A DNA stretch of 64,000 nucleotides, from the IMG/VR virus record IMGVR_UViG_3300037189_004270, positions 6,607 to 70,606 of that record, one strand, 5' to 3'. Below are positions 39,501 to 49,313 of the stretch, piece by piece. This DNA is from a virus. The notes beneath the pieces are model-generated. The model had not been told where the DNA came from. It made no database searches and saw only the letters and a program-made list of their open reading frames with translations. The translations under genes and the position numbers were made by a program. Positions within the stretch are counted from its first letter, which is position 1. Every line of letters starts with the position of its first letter.

Positions 39501-39763
39501 TTGAAGCGATTAATAAGGGAATGCTTCCTTCAATGGCTACTGGTGGAATGATTTCTAGATACCCCTCCGTCGCAGCAAGAATGGCTGGTGGAGGATATGT
39601 TTATCGTGGAATGGCAGCAGGAGGCTTGGTAAATGGTACTTCTGCAGAGTATAATATAAATGTAAACGTAGAAACAAATGCAAGTGCAGACGATATTGCT
39701 AACAAGGTTATGCAATCACTCCAGCGTAGAGATAAAATGAATAGGGCGGGTATTAGAATATGA
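33503..39763 (+). CDS. Tape measure protein
   Basis: 2086 aa, Ala-rich helical; TP901-like core; GPGTSTSDSIPVRLSNGEYV C-terminal motif. Confidence 0.95.
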   Translation: MSRIDLNVVATGNFGQLEGQLARLKAQIAAINSSMSTTGMISPTAISNMQRYSDLMGEQLRSTGMFQTRMVSLTSETENFGRSLERGNIRLGEYFRTASGYIKNQQTEVQKLAREQVRLQNSMTLATGDGRAMVITPTGIDEAIHKQQILNQEYRIFRQVVAGGSTQLINWGKNTQWAGRQLTVGLTVPLTLFGAAAAKTFMEADKQLTRLVKVYGDASKGIVDPGELAAIRSQTLGLAKDIASSMGVAAEETLGIAADIASTGKQGNELLTATNEAMRLSVLGEVDRQEAMRATLSIQSVFKKDTEGLTESINFLNAVENQTSTTLNDLVTGIVKAGPVVQGLGGDIEDLSLMMVAMREGGVPASEAANAIKSSLASLINPTKQTTATLNEFGVDLISIVDKNAGDVIGTLVDLQDALAGLDELSRQRAIEQIFGKFQFSRINALLSNLGKAGSQTQQVLQLAGLSAGELAENADRELKAVTESVSGRFQRALASVQANLIPIGETFTEVGTLILNVASKILEIFNNLPGPVQTFLKGLMYLVGLAGPIIMITGVFGNFLGYLLKGVSSFMALKKAGRGIFEYFTPESVAAKNASELITQSIYDETTAVNMLTAAIEKLSQALNQMTGEALEGGTALSGMQAGTMAAAEANAAATSGRPILETAKTGHTYGAGELSHILAESKMSQYGFSDIERQLLLSPGTLLGAQDFSAKRFQSKMGANFAAEGYYDPSSMGSRQEALYKMSGDTPGSGKEFDLLIKSMDEQMMARLYPTMQEHTASVAKYQVSLEQLFKKSDSELENVMQQIKKAVSEGNMDEAARILRQNIDLTDDQLSAAITKKAQEYRSHFDEVLAKTGSRKIATEETAALMAGTEKEMLATAPERGGFAQTGSRMKRQGSAMAIMALSGDLPMSEELTAASSRRVKALNALAAAEENLKNQGDQLQRLNREEVLAARTKLKDLDMEHAFAIKNAKGAQEIYVKEQGLWKRVYANGVKKELTDAKLIAQLEQRVVAEKRVTLATRYVEEADKKEALASQQAAQADIEEAKQSRNAAKSDMAEVAAGAGLTAQGRGRGGKMAMMGGGALSALGMATMFLPTGEPGSTTEQATSVVGGVATGAGMGAMVGSVFPGIGTAIGAAVGGVIGGIGPVLSIFSDNAAKAAAEVDRLRLSAEIAAGAVSDLEKDFLGLDVKELEDLPFQVFGERTDEASSQLEQFTQALIAATAAEEGSIEKQRVEEIKQFASGAELVNSSMFMEMIGQAIISGTDPDQLKLMFQAYLDVADKQIFATAVNNAIDSFMPDGASIQSMRKNFIKKTSESLNAMISDVKGGGDVKNPAAAARLIAEESALDKLRAGGAAKIGDKDVNVIDIVKRTMEQDPIMREMIMRGGQAVRDFGGMAPAGSEAAIAQFNALQGTGLANLTIDGQLVDEGTMLSMLSSITTILEMSPDINELTSDVTKLQQASNAMAGAIADSLATLSGAEFAQVIKSLDPAIFEKDSATLNEFIAQLSAIPEIGPDIANAFQTMINNGADVTTAFKALKLMTAGTNMTIEEIISLTSGPPREFNIVYRETFVQDGAPVGPAVLPRPTEGASMPSNALSSAISAMGGISTGGGSGGGESDTSAIEEAYDKQIEKQDKLIEKIQEEREERQKLLDLEKQAFDFAMKEQDLKNQIARARAEGRTAEAAMLQAQLDNARANNKEQETERARRESEDRRIERAEKRKEELARAKEIALEEARGGAAGGGGAEGISQEVADAMKVAMMELTSWTQSKAFKDMATETGPMSAFFDSKKVKGFRTELEKLNVPTQVINDILDSMFDSFVSNNEVYAEGLEITRANLEKVGLAGEDLEDALPNVYGIMIDKGLSAQEKLALIAKEYENVGYGAEEAKKKALEFYDVSSENVNLQRIKDIAAAYGEVAGKARAAAMQTAVLNIVTNNPNVSVEDAAASVALDFAKFGAATGGYILGPGTSTSDSIPVRLSNGEYVVRASMVDKYGVPLLEAINKGMLPSMATGGMISRYPSVAARMAGGGYVYRGMAAGGLVNGTSAEYNINVNVETNASADDIANKVMQSLQRRDKMNRAGIRI

Positions 39764-40269
39764 CATTTTTAACTCCTAGCATCATGAAGGTAAGATATGC
39801 TAGTGGAGCAGAATATGATAATACTTTAACTACTAGTACTGGAACAGTATTAACTTTATCAGATCATTCTAGATCCCCGCTTTCTATAAACTATGAAGTA
39901 ATCGAAAAAAATTCTAGAATGGCAGACGGAACTATGAGAAGATATGTCATTGGAAAGAAGGAAAAGTATTCATGCCAATGGTCATTGCTTCCTACGATTA
40001 GATCTCAGGTCGCAGATGGATATGCCGATGCGCGGGATATGAAAGAGTTCTATGATAGATACTGCTATTCCCCACTTTCACTAGACTTATACTACATGAC
40101 AAATGCAACTGAGCGCGGTAGAGCAGTCGTTCCCGCAGATAGAAACAATGATTCAAATCACTATAAAGAAACAAAAAATGTGTTTTGGACAAGTTTCACT
40201 TTTGAGGTTGCTAAAAGATTCAGAAACTTTGATTATTGGAATGTCACAGCAGAGTTTACGGAGATATAA
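39760..40269 (+). CDS. Distal tail protein-like
   Basis: RMADGTMRRY...W..LP; directly after the tape measure gene. Confidence 0.65.
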   Translation: MTFLTPSIMKVRYASGAEYDNTLTTSTGTVLTLSDHSRSPLSINYEVIEKNSRMADGTMRRYVIGKKEKYSCQWSLLPTIRSQVADGYADARDMKEFYDRYCYSPLSLDLYYMTNATERGRAVVPADRNNDSNHYKETKNVFWTSFTFEVAKRFRNFDYWNVTAEFTEI

Positions 40270-43200
40270 TGCTTGGTAATTCTGGATTAAAAACACATTT
40301 TCAGAATAATTATGCTGTAGATGTAAAGCCCCGCGTTTTCTTAGAATTCAATGGAAATGATATTGCCAAGCCATATTTTTATGGAACTGGAACACATCCA
40401 TCTTCAACTTATAATACTTTAGCACTTTCTATAACTGCCCCAAGCGGCGGGTCATCAACTGCTGTTAACTCTAGAGGTCTTGCTACTGCAATATCTGGTA
40501 CAACTAATGCAAATCTTTTAACCGCAGTAAATTCCTCATCTGCTACAGAGAAGTCTTTTGTTTATACGGCTCAGGGTCCAGTAGGTGCTAAGACCGTAAA
40601 GTTTAACATGTTCTTAAAGTCTGACTACAAGTATCAAATATCTCAAAATAATAATATAGCCTTAGAATCATTTGATGTTGTATTTAAAGCATATGGGATA
40701 AATACTGGAGGTCAGATAATTGTTTCTGAAACAGTAACAAAATCTCTTACTGTGGATTCAGTAGATTGGACACCACTATCGATATCTTTTGCCAATCCTG
40801 ATGACATTAATCAAATAAACAGAGTAAAGTTAGAGATATCTATGCATCCACCAGCAGGGTGGGGAGCATATTTATTAATCAGTCAACTTACTGCAGCGGC
40901 TGTATCAGAATACGAAGTTTATTCAGAAAATAGAATGCCAGTCAGCGAGGTATTTGAAACGAATAGACCTGGGGAATTCCTTGTAGACATGGAAGCAGCA
41001 TCCAGGCCACAAGTATTTATTGGAACTGCTAATACTCCGCAAAGATGTACACCAATTCAAATGGTTACTAACTACGCTGTAGGTCCAAAATATGAGAACA
41101 TGCAGAGAGCCGTGATGCCGTTCGAAGGAAATCCATATAGTTATTATGTATCTGGATCTAATACAGGTGGGACAGAAAGCCAGAAAATTTGGTCACTTTA
41201 CATGAACTCTTTTAAGACTAATAAGATCGTCTTAAAGATAAATAATATTGCATTCAAGCCAAACATCTTTACCATTAAAATTTTAACATCATCTGGATGG
41301 ACTAACGTTGTAGCATCAGCAGATTTAATAGATAGCAATGGAATTTTAGTCTTATACTATAATGGAACAACATGGACTACCACTAAATGGTTAAACCACC
41401 AGTACCCAAGAATACGAAAGTCTGACGGCTCTATAAGAATTACAGGTTCAGAACTGGCGGGGTCAGTAAACATACACGGCATATACTTTGAAACTCAAGG
41501 TATGCAGATAGTTAATACAGATTTTCAACAGGGATCTGGAGCATCATTTATTAGATTAGAAATGATTGAACTATCTCCTAGATTAGAAATAGATGTTACG
41601 GATTATCTAGAGTCATTTAATATAATTAAAGAATTAGATGTTGAGGATAGTGTTCTTCCAATAGGTGGGATGTCTGCAAATAGTGTAAATATATCACTTT
41701 CAAATATTTTAATTACAGTTGAAGAGCCAGATATTCTAGTACCTACTGATGGAGATCCTGATATCCCTCCATTCAGTAATTTCTCCCCGCTATCTCCATT
41801 AAAAGATATGTTGAAGAAGGGTGTCAAGGTTCGCGGCGGGTTTGATGTAGACACAACAGTATCTGGTACTGGAATAAATTCTTCAAAAACCTATGTACCA
41901 GCATTCGTAATGTATATAGATCAATGGAAAGACAATGACTTTTCTATAGACATATCAGCATTTGATGTTGTAAAAAACTTGCAGACTATGAACTGCCGAC
42001 CAGTATATCTAAAGGGAACAAAAATAAATGAAGCGATAAGAGCAGTCTTAGATCCAATAGGATTCGGTGACTACTACTTTGATGATTTGAGATCCCTGAG
42101 AGTTCTATCTAGAAAAAAGGATAGTCAACTTAATTTTTCTGATGATGAAAAACTAGCCCATTTCTGGACTTCTAATGATAATTCAGTTACTGAGGCTCTG
42201 CAAGATCTATTTAAAATATATCAAGTCGGAATGTATGCTGATGAATATGGAGCGGTAAGATTTATTTCATTGTATGATTACAGCAAATATTACCAGTCCC
42301 TTCTAGGTGGAACAAAGGCTATCGATATCTATGTTCAAGACAAGACAGATGCTAATTCAGTTTCCAATCTAGAAACTGTTCAATTCTCTGAAAATGAAAA
42401 GCCCCAGTCAATATCTATAAAATACAGAATTCCAAGAGTTCAACTGGCAGAGGGCGGAGCAAACACTAAGGCTGGAAAAAATCCAAGCCTGATTGCAACC
42501 GCTAAGGAATCAACAAAGATAGTATGGACCCTACAGGAAGATTTAGTAGCCCTACCCTACTTTGAAATAACTGGCAGAGGAATAAGGGGAATTGCCCAAA
42601 ACTATATTCCATACAGCCCAATACAATCAACTTCAGTATTTAGATACATACCATACTCTTCTTTATTATTAATTGACGATGAAGTTGTTTCATATGATGG
42701 CAAGCAATATCAATTTAATTATTCTACTCCAACAGCAAATTTGGTTACTAAAAATATTATTATTAAAAAAGAAGAAGACATAGACATGGTTGTAAGAGAT
42801 CTTATGGGAAACTCTTCTGCATTTAATGTAAGATATTCTGAGACTGGTAAACTGATGAATGTAAGAAGAGGTTTATATGGAACCAAACCATCAATACACA
42901 CAAGAGCATCAGTAAATGAAGGAACAAGATGGCTTGCAAAGGAATTTACTATATCTAATAGTGGGTATAAGAATGCAGTTACTGTAAATCCTGGATCTAA
43001 AAAATTCTCAAGTACTGTCTATGGAATGCAACTTAATTCATTAAACAACAATAAAATGATTTTCTTAAGTCCCAATAATGCAACTAGTAACGTGGACATT
43101 CTAGGATACAAAAAGAAGTTATCGGCCACAATTAGAATTGGAGACATACCAGACTCAAAAGAAGGTTACCTTGGCGTAGCCATTGGCGTGGGGATAGATG

Positions 43201-43976
43201 ATGACGACATAGACTCTGGTTTATTTATATGGGTTGGAAAAACTGCTAATAAAAAGAAAAAAGAGCCAGTAGTATTCATAGAACAGGTCGTAGACGGGGA
43301 AAGAAAGGTCTTGGTTGCAAGAGATGCATTCCAATACAGCGAAAGACTCTTTGAGGAGCAAGAAAACCTAGAAATAATTGTTGCCTTAAATGATACTAGA
43401 AATGAAGCAACAGTACTCATAGGTGGCACCTCCGCGTTTGCAAAACAAGTTACTGTTAAGCCAAGGCCAGGAGAGGAAGAAGACGAGTCTAAGAAGCCAA
43501 GCAAAGAATACAAAGACTTCCCAGTAAAATTAAAGAAGCCACTCAAAAGAGAGTCCAAGTTTGGGATAGTTGTATCTCAGTTCGGTTCTGGAATAATTGG
43601 ACAAGTGCTATTTGGTTCTTCAAGGAGACCAAAAGACATGAATGATCTTAATATCTACAACATGTCAGATTCATATGCAATGTATGGTAAAAAGACTGCG
43701 AACGGTGCGTTCTATATTGGAGAGAATACATTCCTAGACACTATAGTCTCTAAGCAGTTGGTTCCAGGATTCAATGACGCAGCCTCAGATAACTTTGTAT
43801 ATACTGCAAATCCTGTGGCTAGAGGCGTCAAAGTTTTTGAAGTAGAATACGATACATATCCAATTACCAGCATTCCTAGAATAGAGTTCCTTGGGTATAA
43901 TTATGAGATTAACTCATGGCAAGCCGCCCCGTTATTTGCGAATAAATATGCTAATCCAGAGGAGGAGGAAGACTAG
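40269..43976 (+). CDS. Large tail tip/hub protein
   Basis: Position; LSPRLEIDVTD, LIDDEVVSYDG, NVRRGLYGT; TAATG-coupled start at 40269. Confidence 0.7.
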   Translation: MLGNSGLKTHFQNNYAVDVKPRVFLEFNGNDIAKPYFYGTGTHPSSTYNTLALSITAPSGGSSTAVNSRGLATAISGTTNANLLTAVNSSSATEKSFVYTAQGPVGAKTVKFNMFLKSDYKYQISQNNNIALESFDVVFKAYGINTGGQIIVSETVTKSLTVDSVDWTPLSISFANPDDINQINRVKLEISMHPPAGWGAYLLISQLTAAAVSEYEVYSENRMPVSEVFETNRPGEFLVDMEAASRPQVFIGTANTPQRCTPIQMVTNYAVGPKYENMQRAVMPFEGNPYSYYVSGSNTGGTESQKIWSLYMNSFKTNKIVLKINNIAFKPNIFTIKILTSSGWTNVVASADLIDSNGILVLYYNGTTWTTTKWLNHQYPRIRKSDGSIRITGSELAGSVNIHGIYFETQGMQIVNTDFQQGSGASFIRLEMIELSPRLEIDVTDYLESFNIIKELDVEDSVLPIGGMSANSVNISLSNILITVEEPDILVPTDGDPDIPPFSNFSPLSPLKDMLKKGVKVRGGFDVDTTVSGTGINSSKTYVPAFVMYIDQWKDNDFSIDISAFDVVKNLQTMNCRPVYLKGTKINEAIRAVLDPIGFGDYYFDDLRSLRVLSRKKDSQLNFSDDEKLAHFWTSNDNSVTEALQDLFKIYQVGMYADEYGAVRFISLYDYSKYYQSLLGGTKAIDIYVQDKTDANSVSNLETVQFSENEKPQSISIKYRIPRVQLAEGGANTKAGKNPSLIATAKESTKIVWTLQEDLVALPYFEITGRGIRGIAQNYIPYSPIQSTSVFRYIPYSSLLLIDDEVVSYDGKQYQFNYSTPTANLVTKNIIIKKEEDIDMVVRDLMGNSSAFNVRYSETGKLMNVRRGLYGTKPSIHTRASVNEGTRWLAKEFTISNSGYKNAVTVNPGSKKFSSTVYGMQLNSLNNNKMIFLSPNNATSNVDILGYKKKLSATIRIGDIPDSKEGYLGVAIGVGIDDDDIDSGLFIWVGKTANKKKKEPVVFIEQVVDGERKVLVARDAFQYSERLFEEQENLEIIVALNDTRNEATVLIGGTSAFAKQVTVKPRPGEEEDESKKPSKEYKDFPVKLKKPLKRESKFGIVVSQFGSGIIGQVLFGSSRRPKDMNDLNIYNMSDSYAMYGKKTANGAFYIGENTFLDTIVSKQLVPGFNDAASDNFVYTANPVARGVKVFEVEYDTYPITSIPRIEFLGYNYEINSWQAAPLFANKYANPEEEED

Positions 43977-45010
43977 TGGCTGATTCTGCAGAATTAATTG
44001 CAAAGGCTGTCTCCTACGCCCTTGCTCAAGTTGGGAAGCCATATAGTCTTACAGCAAATCCACCCAGTTCTTGGGACTGTTCTAAATTAACTACATGGGC
44101 ATGGAGCATAGCCACAGGTGGTAGTGGCTATAGCGGCGGTGGCATACAACTAACTCCATATACCTATACACAAGTAAATGAATGTGTAAGAATTCCAGGA
44201 GTTTCATCATCAAATGGTGCCAATGGATTGCAACAAGGCGACCTACTATTCTACTTTGAGAGCGATGCTCATCATGTGACTATGTATATTGGTAACGGTC
44301 AATTAGTTCACGCATCTTCTCCAGGAGTTGGTGTTGTTACACAAGACTTATGGACTCCATGGAATGTTCAACATTTTACATCAGCCGCAAGACCTGAAGG
44401 AATTGGTGTAGTTGGAGATTTAGAAGATCCAGTTGAGGGTGGTACAGATGACAAAGAAGATAAGAGCAATCAGCGTGTAGTAAAAACAACACGTTCAGTT
44501 GGTAAAAATGCTGTGGCTCTATCTGGAGTATATGGAACCACTCAAACAGCAAGATTTGCTGCAATGAATCTATCTAATGAAACTGTATTTCTTAATGCTG
44601 AAGGATATGGGGAACTTCTTAATGGGGCAGATAATGGGCTTCTACAAATTGTTGCTAATACAATTATCCCTGGCGATCAGTATGAATTAAAGAAACTTGT
44701 TCCTGGCGGAAGAAATAGTTATGAAATAACTATTGATACTGAATCAGTCCAAAGTGAATCTCAGGCAGAAGCGGTAGCATCAATGATATCTAGATCATTC
44801 TCTTACCAATATAAGTCTATTGATGTTAAGATTTTTGGCAACCCGCTTATTCAAATAGGCGATATTGTCAAGTTTAATTTTTATTCTGGTAAAGTAACGA
44901 GCGGGGCCAATGATTATTACATTATTACCAGAGTCAATCACGACTTTGATCAGGGTCTATCTACTACTCTAACCATAAAACCCTTGATTGAAACGGTTTC
45001 GGTGGTATAA
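43976..45010 (+). CDS. NlpC/P60 peptidase fused to a tail-hub C-terminal domain
   Basis: QVGKPY...WDCS; GDLLFY...HHVTMYIGNGQLVHAS; C-terminal GNPLIQIGDIV. Confidence 0.85.
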   Translation: MADSAELIAKAVSYALAQVGKPYSLTANPPSSWDCSKLTTWAWSIATGGSGYSGGGIQLTPYTYTQVNECVRIPGVSSSNGANGLQQGDLLFYFESDAHHVTMYIGNGQLVHASSPGVGVVTQDLWTPWNVQHFTSAARPEGIGVVGDLEDPVEGGTDDKEDKSNQRVVKTTRSVGKNAVALSGVYGTTQTARFAAMNLSNETVFLNAEGYGELLNGADNGLLQIVANTIIPGDQYELKKLVPGGRNSYEITIDTESVQSESQAEAVASMISRSFSYQYKSIDVKIFGNPLIQIGDIVKFNFYSGKVTSGANDYYIITRVNHDFDQGLSTTLTIKPLIETVSVV

Positions 45011-45011
45011 T
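45003..45011 (+). promoter_or_regulatory. Extended -10 promoter (TGGTATAAT) overlapping a stop codon
   Basis: Same GTGGTATAAT as at 4021. Confidence 0.6.
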
Positions 45012-45027
45012 TATATGGGAGTAGAGT

Positions 45028-45423
45028 ATGAAGAAGCCAGATAATCAAAGGACAGATTTAGAGGCACTAAGAAGACAACTTCGTCAAGAATTCAAAGAAA
45101 TAGCAACAGATATCGTAGAAGAAAAAATAGATGAAGTTATTTTAAGTGGTGATTCTGGATCTGGATCTACTGCTACTGCAGAAGACCCTGAGGGTGATGA
45201 CGATGGTGATGACAAAGATCCAGCACCTTCAAAGCCTGCCCCATTTATAAATGTAAAATTCAGAAATGCAAATAAAATATTTACTGTACCAACTGAAAGT
45301 AACGCCTTTGGAGATATTCTATTAGCATCAGATGGTACCTCTACAGTAAATGTTGTGGGAAGAATTTTTGACGATACTGCTGGAATAGAATCTTATAAGA
45401 TAAGGATAAAGAGAATTGATTAA
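45028..45423 (+). CDS. Hypothetical tail-region protein
   Basis: ORF with SD; synteny. Confidence 0.55.
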   Translation: MKKPDNQRTDLEALRRQLRQEFKEIATDIVEEKIDEVILSGDSGSGSTATAEDPEGDDDGDDKDPAPSKPAPFINVKFRNANKIFTVPTESNAFGDILLASDGTSTVNVVGRIFDDTAGIESYKIRIKRID

Positions 45424-46351
45424 GGGTAGATATACTATAAAGGACTCTTCAGGTCTAGTTCATGAATGTGAGAACGTTATAACAAATGACGGACTATCTA
45501 TAATAAGAAACTATCTGGCTGGAAACACTTCATCATGGGCTGGCTCTATAGCAGTAGGAGCCTTAAATTCTTCTGCTCCAACTTCATCAGATTCAAAATT
45601 AGGATTTGAAATATCTAGAGTTCCAGTATTAATCTACAGCGTAGAAGATAATGAAATAGTTTTAAATGCTACTCTTTCTTCAGAATTAGAAGGAAGAATA
45701 TACGAACTGGGAGTGTATCCAGCCGTATCCAATGCGTCCTCACGCGGATTCGATGATAAGATCATAGCAACATTCTCAGAAACTTGGACAGACGCCGCAG
45801 GCGTAGAATTAATTTCATCCAACTTTTCTGGTACAGAGCAGTCAGTAGATGGAAGATCTGGATATAGAAACCTTATAGTTTCTCCAACAGGAATTACCGC
45901 ACACTTTTCAACTGGATTAGATACTTCTGGATATACACAATTAGATTCTATGACAGTCTTATACAATACTTCATCAACTGGAGCAAATAGAACAGTAAGA
46001 GTGACATTAGTAGACGATCAATTGCCAACGGCGGGAACAAGATACTATGACTTTACTTTAATTGGCTCATCTACTGGATACAAGACAGTCACCATTCTTC
46101 TAGGCAACTTTGTGTCCACAGGAAACTTTAACAATAATGTCTCAAAAATAATCATAACTTCTTCTGCAGCCTCTGGATGTACCGTTCATTTAGACGCAAT
46201 TAAGTTTGATGATACAGATGAATCAAATCTAGATTTTGCATTGGTTAGTCGCGCATTGGTAGGAACACCTGGCGGGAATACAACTAATGATTATATTATT
46301 AAGCCTTCTGGCGTTGAAATGGATGTAGAGTACAGGCTGGAGATAACATAA
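45416..46351 (+). CDS. Tail/baseplate structural protein
   Basis: NVIT..G; IAVG; D.KLGFEI.R; IYELGVY fibre-collar-like motifs. Confidence 0.65.
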   Translation: MIKGRYTIKDSSGLVHECENVITNDGLSIIRNYLAGNTSSWAGSIAVGALNSSAPTSSDSKLGFEISRVPVLIYSVEDNEIVLNATLSSELEGRIYELGVYPAVSNASSRGFDDKIIATFSETWTDAAGVELISSNFSGTEQSVDGRSGYRNLIVSPTGITAHFSTGLDTSGYTQLDSMTVLYNTSSTGANRTVRVTLVDDQLPTAGTRYYDFTLIGSSTGYKTVTILLGNFVSTGNFNNNVSKIIITSSAASGCTVHLDAIKFDDTDESNLDFALVSRALVGTPGGNTTNDYIIKPSGVEMDVEYRLEIT

Positions 46352-46352
46352 T

Positions 46353-49313
46353 ATGGAAGTTGGGGCAGGAAAAACTTTTACACTAAAAGGGCTTGCCCCT
46401 GGCGCTACCTATGTTGTAGAAGTTCAATCTATTCCTAAAAAGGGTAAGCCATCTGCATGGTCAAGGCCAGTAAAATTTAGAACAAATACTAAAGACGTTG
46501 CTCCTCCAGCCATTACTAATTTAGTTGTATCCTTCGATGGAGCAGGATTTACTGCTAGTTGGAATGGGTCAGCAGCACTCGCAGAAAAAGACTTTGCATA
46601 TTTTAAAGTTACATTAACAAGTCCAGACTTCCCATCCATTACAAAAATATATGCAGTTCAGTCACAAAGTTTTTCATTAGACTATGACTCCATGCTCTTT
46701 GCCTTTGGCGGAGTGGCAAATCCAATAGTCATTGAAGTAAGGTCTATAGACAGAAGCGGAAATCAAAGTGCTGGAGTAAGTGCAACTGGAGGTAATGCCC
46801 CACCAGCCGCGCCACAAAATGTATCAGTTGTCGCAGAAACTATGGGGTATCGTGTATCCTGGGATACTCCAGAAGAAACAGATTATTCATACACAAAAAT
46901 ATATGAATCATCTACCGTATCTGGAACATATACTGCTATAGAAAATGTTACCGCTACACCATCTTCCATAAAGGTTGTAGGATACTCAACAAGATATGTA
47001 AAAGTTTCTCACGTTGACACGTTTGGCGGAGAGTCTGATTTAGCACCAACAGTTGGAATAGCAGTTACTCCAATTAATCCAGTAACAGTAGACACTACTC
47101 CACCAGATCAAAGAACTTCAATTTCATATACGGCTGGAGTTGGGCAGGCAACAATATCATGGACAAATCCTACTGATACTACAAATAATTCTGATGTTGC
47201 TGGAATAACAATTAGATACGCAAGAATATCAAGCCCATCAAACTATACTTGGGTAGATGTTCCATTCACCTTTGATGCTCCCATTACAACAGCAACAGTA
47301 ACAGGACTTTTACCTCTATCTGGATATAATTTTTCAATATCTACATATGATAAAACACAAAATAGGACGGCATATTCAACATCTACCCAAGTTACTACTC
47401 TTGCAGATACGACACCTCCACCAAGGCCAATAGCCCCAGTAGTTGCCGCTGGCTTGACGGCAGGCGGTCCAATGATGGTAAGGGTTACACAATCTGCAAT
47501 TGAGCATGGAACTACCACTCCATTACCACTAGACACATATTACTTTAAAGTATTTATGTTAAACAGCGGAGTTAGCACAGCACCATCTCCAGGAACCGCC
47601 ACAAATACCAATGCTACAGAGATCGGACTACTTTTTGCCGCATATAATGGCGGGGACGCACAAGAAAAGTTTTATGTGCCACTTCAAGATGGTGAACAGA
47701 GATATTTTTATACAAGAGCAGTAGACACTAGTGGAAATGTTTCTAATGCTTCATTATCTTATCAATCAGAGGCTATGGTTATATTCTCCAATGCGTATAT
47801 TAAAGATTTATCTGCAGACAAAATAACGGCAGGAAGACTTAATGTTAATGAGTATATACAAGTAGGAAATAGTTCAGAGCAAATAACAATAAAAAGTACT
47901 AGCGCCTTAGGTCAGATATTTTCTGGAACTGGAACTTATAATAATACTAACACGGGCATATACATTGACACTTCTGGTAAATTTTCACTAAAGAATAGGC
48001 TTGCCTTTGACGGAACTGACCTATCTTTGCAAGGTAGTATAACTGCTACTGGAGGATCATTTACTGGAAACGTTCAATTAAACGGCGGGTCTTTGTATGC
48101 TGGGGCAAGCCCATCTTCTGGCGCTAGATTAATCATGAATCAGAGTGGACTAACTGCATATAATGCTTCTGGTACTTCTACTTTCACTCTTAATGCAGCA
48201 ACTGGCGCTATATCTCTTTCTGGATATATCCAAACTGGCGGTGCAGAAGGAGACATTACAACAATATCTGGTAATAAGGTTAGAACTGGAGTCATTGCCT
48301 CTAATTCATATTCTGGAATACTACCAACTACCTTCACAACAGATAATAGCACAGTAATAAATCTAACAGGAAATAGTATTCATGCTCCTAATTTCTATGT
48401 TGCAGGGGGTAACGCTGTATTTTTAGGAGAAGTTCGCGCTACCAGCGGGTACTTTGGAGATTCCACTTATGGATGGCTTCTTACTAATGGTAATGATCCT
48501 ACCTATGGCAATTATACTGAAATTAAGACTGATACCCTTAGGTTAGTCTCAGAGTTAACTGGATCAGTAAGAAATGGTTCTATACAATTTCTTACAACTG
48601 CTGGCGGGGTGATTGGGGAACTTAACACTACTGCCTCAAGTAAAAATTTCTCTGGATTAGGCTCTGGACTTGTTCTGGGAACTACTTTAGATTACTTATT
48701 CCTCCCTGGTACGAGTAATTCCAATAGGGCTAGAATGTATACTAACGGCTTTGATTTCTACGGACCAACTGCAGGCTTCTTAATGAGAATAAACAATAAC
48801 GGCATCAATCTTGCAGGAGATTCAGATATTAATTTTTATGAAGCAGACAATTCTACTATTGGTGGCTCTATTAACTTTCAACCAACAACTGACTATTTAG
48901 TTATAAATAGTGTCGGAGAAATTAGACTAACTGGAACTGCCTTAAAATTTAATGGAGCAGATGTTGGTACTGGAGGAAGTGGAAGTGGTACTGTAACTTC
49001 TGTAGGGTTGTCTATGCCAGCAGGATTTAGCGTCAGCGGTTCTCCAATAACAAGCAGCGGAACGCTATCAGTATCGTTTGGTACAACTGCTGGTAATGCT
49101 TTTAGAATTTTAAGAACAGATACCAGTGGAAATGTTTCGTGGGGAAGAATACAAGGCGCACTATTTGATGAAGCAACGACGGTAACAACATCTGGGTTTT
49201 TTAATAGTAGTACTGGAACGTCAAGAGAAACATGGTACGGGGGTGCATTTTCTGGAGGTTCAGTTCCTGCTGCTTCCACCTTCCCTGCTAACTCCATAAT
49301 AGTGGTGATATAA
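46353..49313 (+). CDS. Tail fibre/host-specificity protein with FN3 repeats
   Basis: Several FN3 motifs (GLAPGATY.VEVQ, D.SGN.S, DTTPP); LSADKITAG. Confidence 0.8.
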   Translation: MEVGAGKTFTLKGLAPGATYVVEVQSIPKKGKPSAWSRPVKFRTNTKDVAPPAITNLVVSFDGAGFTASWNGSAALAEKDFAYFKVTLTSPDFPSITKIYAVQSQSFSLDYDSMLFAFGGVANPIVIEVRSIDRSGNQSAGVSATGGNAPPAAPQNVSVVAETMGYRVSWDTPEETDYSYTKIYESSTVSGTYTAIENVTATPSSIKVVGYSTRYVKVSHVDTFGGESDLAPTVGIAVTPINPVTVDTTPPDQRTSISYTAGVGQATISWTNPTDTTNNSDVAGITIRYARISSPSNYTWVDVPFTFDAPITTATVTGLLPLSGYNFSISTYDKTQNRTAYSTSTQVTTLADTTPPPRPIAPVVAAGLTAGGPMMVRVTQSAIEHGTTTPLPLDTYYFKVFMLNSGVSTAPSPGTATNTNATEIGLLFAAYNGGDAQEKFYVPLQDGEQRYFYTRAVDTSGNVSNASLSYQSEAMVIFSNAYIKDLSADKITAGRLNVNEYIQVGNSSEQITIKSTSALGQIFSGTGTYNNTNTGIYIDTSGKFSLKNRLAFDGTDLSLQGSITATGGSFTGNVQLNGGSLYAGASPSSGARLIMNQSGLTAYNASGTSTFTLNAATGAISLSGYIQTGGAEGDITTISGNKVRTGVIASNSYSGILPTTFTTDNSTVINLTGNSIHAPNFYVAGGNAVFLGEVRATSGYFGDSTYGWLLTNGNDPTYGNYTEIKTDTLRLVSELTGSVRNGSIQFLTTAGGVIGELNTTASSKNFSGLGSGLVLGTTLDYLFLPGTSNSNRARMYTNGFDFYGPTAGFLMRINNNGINLAGDSDINFYEADNSTIGGSINFQPTTDYLVINSVGEIRLTGTALKFNGADVGTGGSGSGTVTSVGLSMPAGFSVSGSPITSSGTLSVSFGTTAGNAFRILRTDTSGNVSWGRIQGALFDEATTVTTSGFFNSSTGTSRETWYGGAFSGGSVPAASTFPANSIIVVI

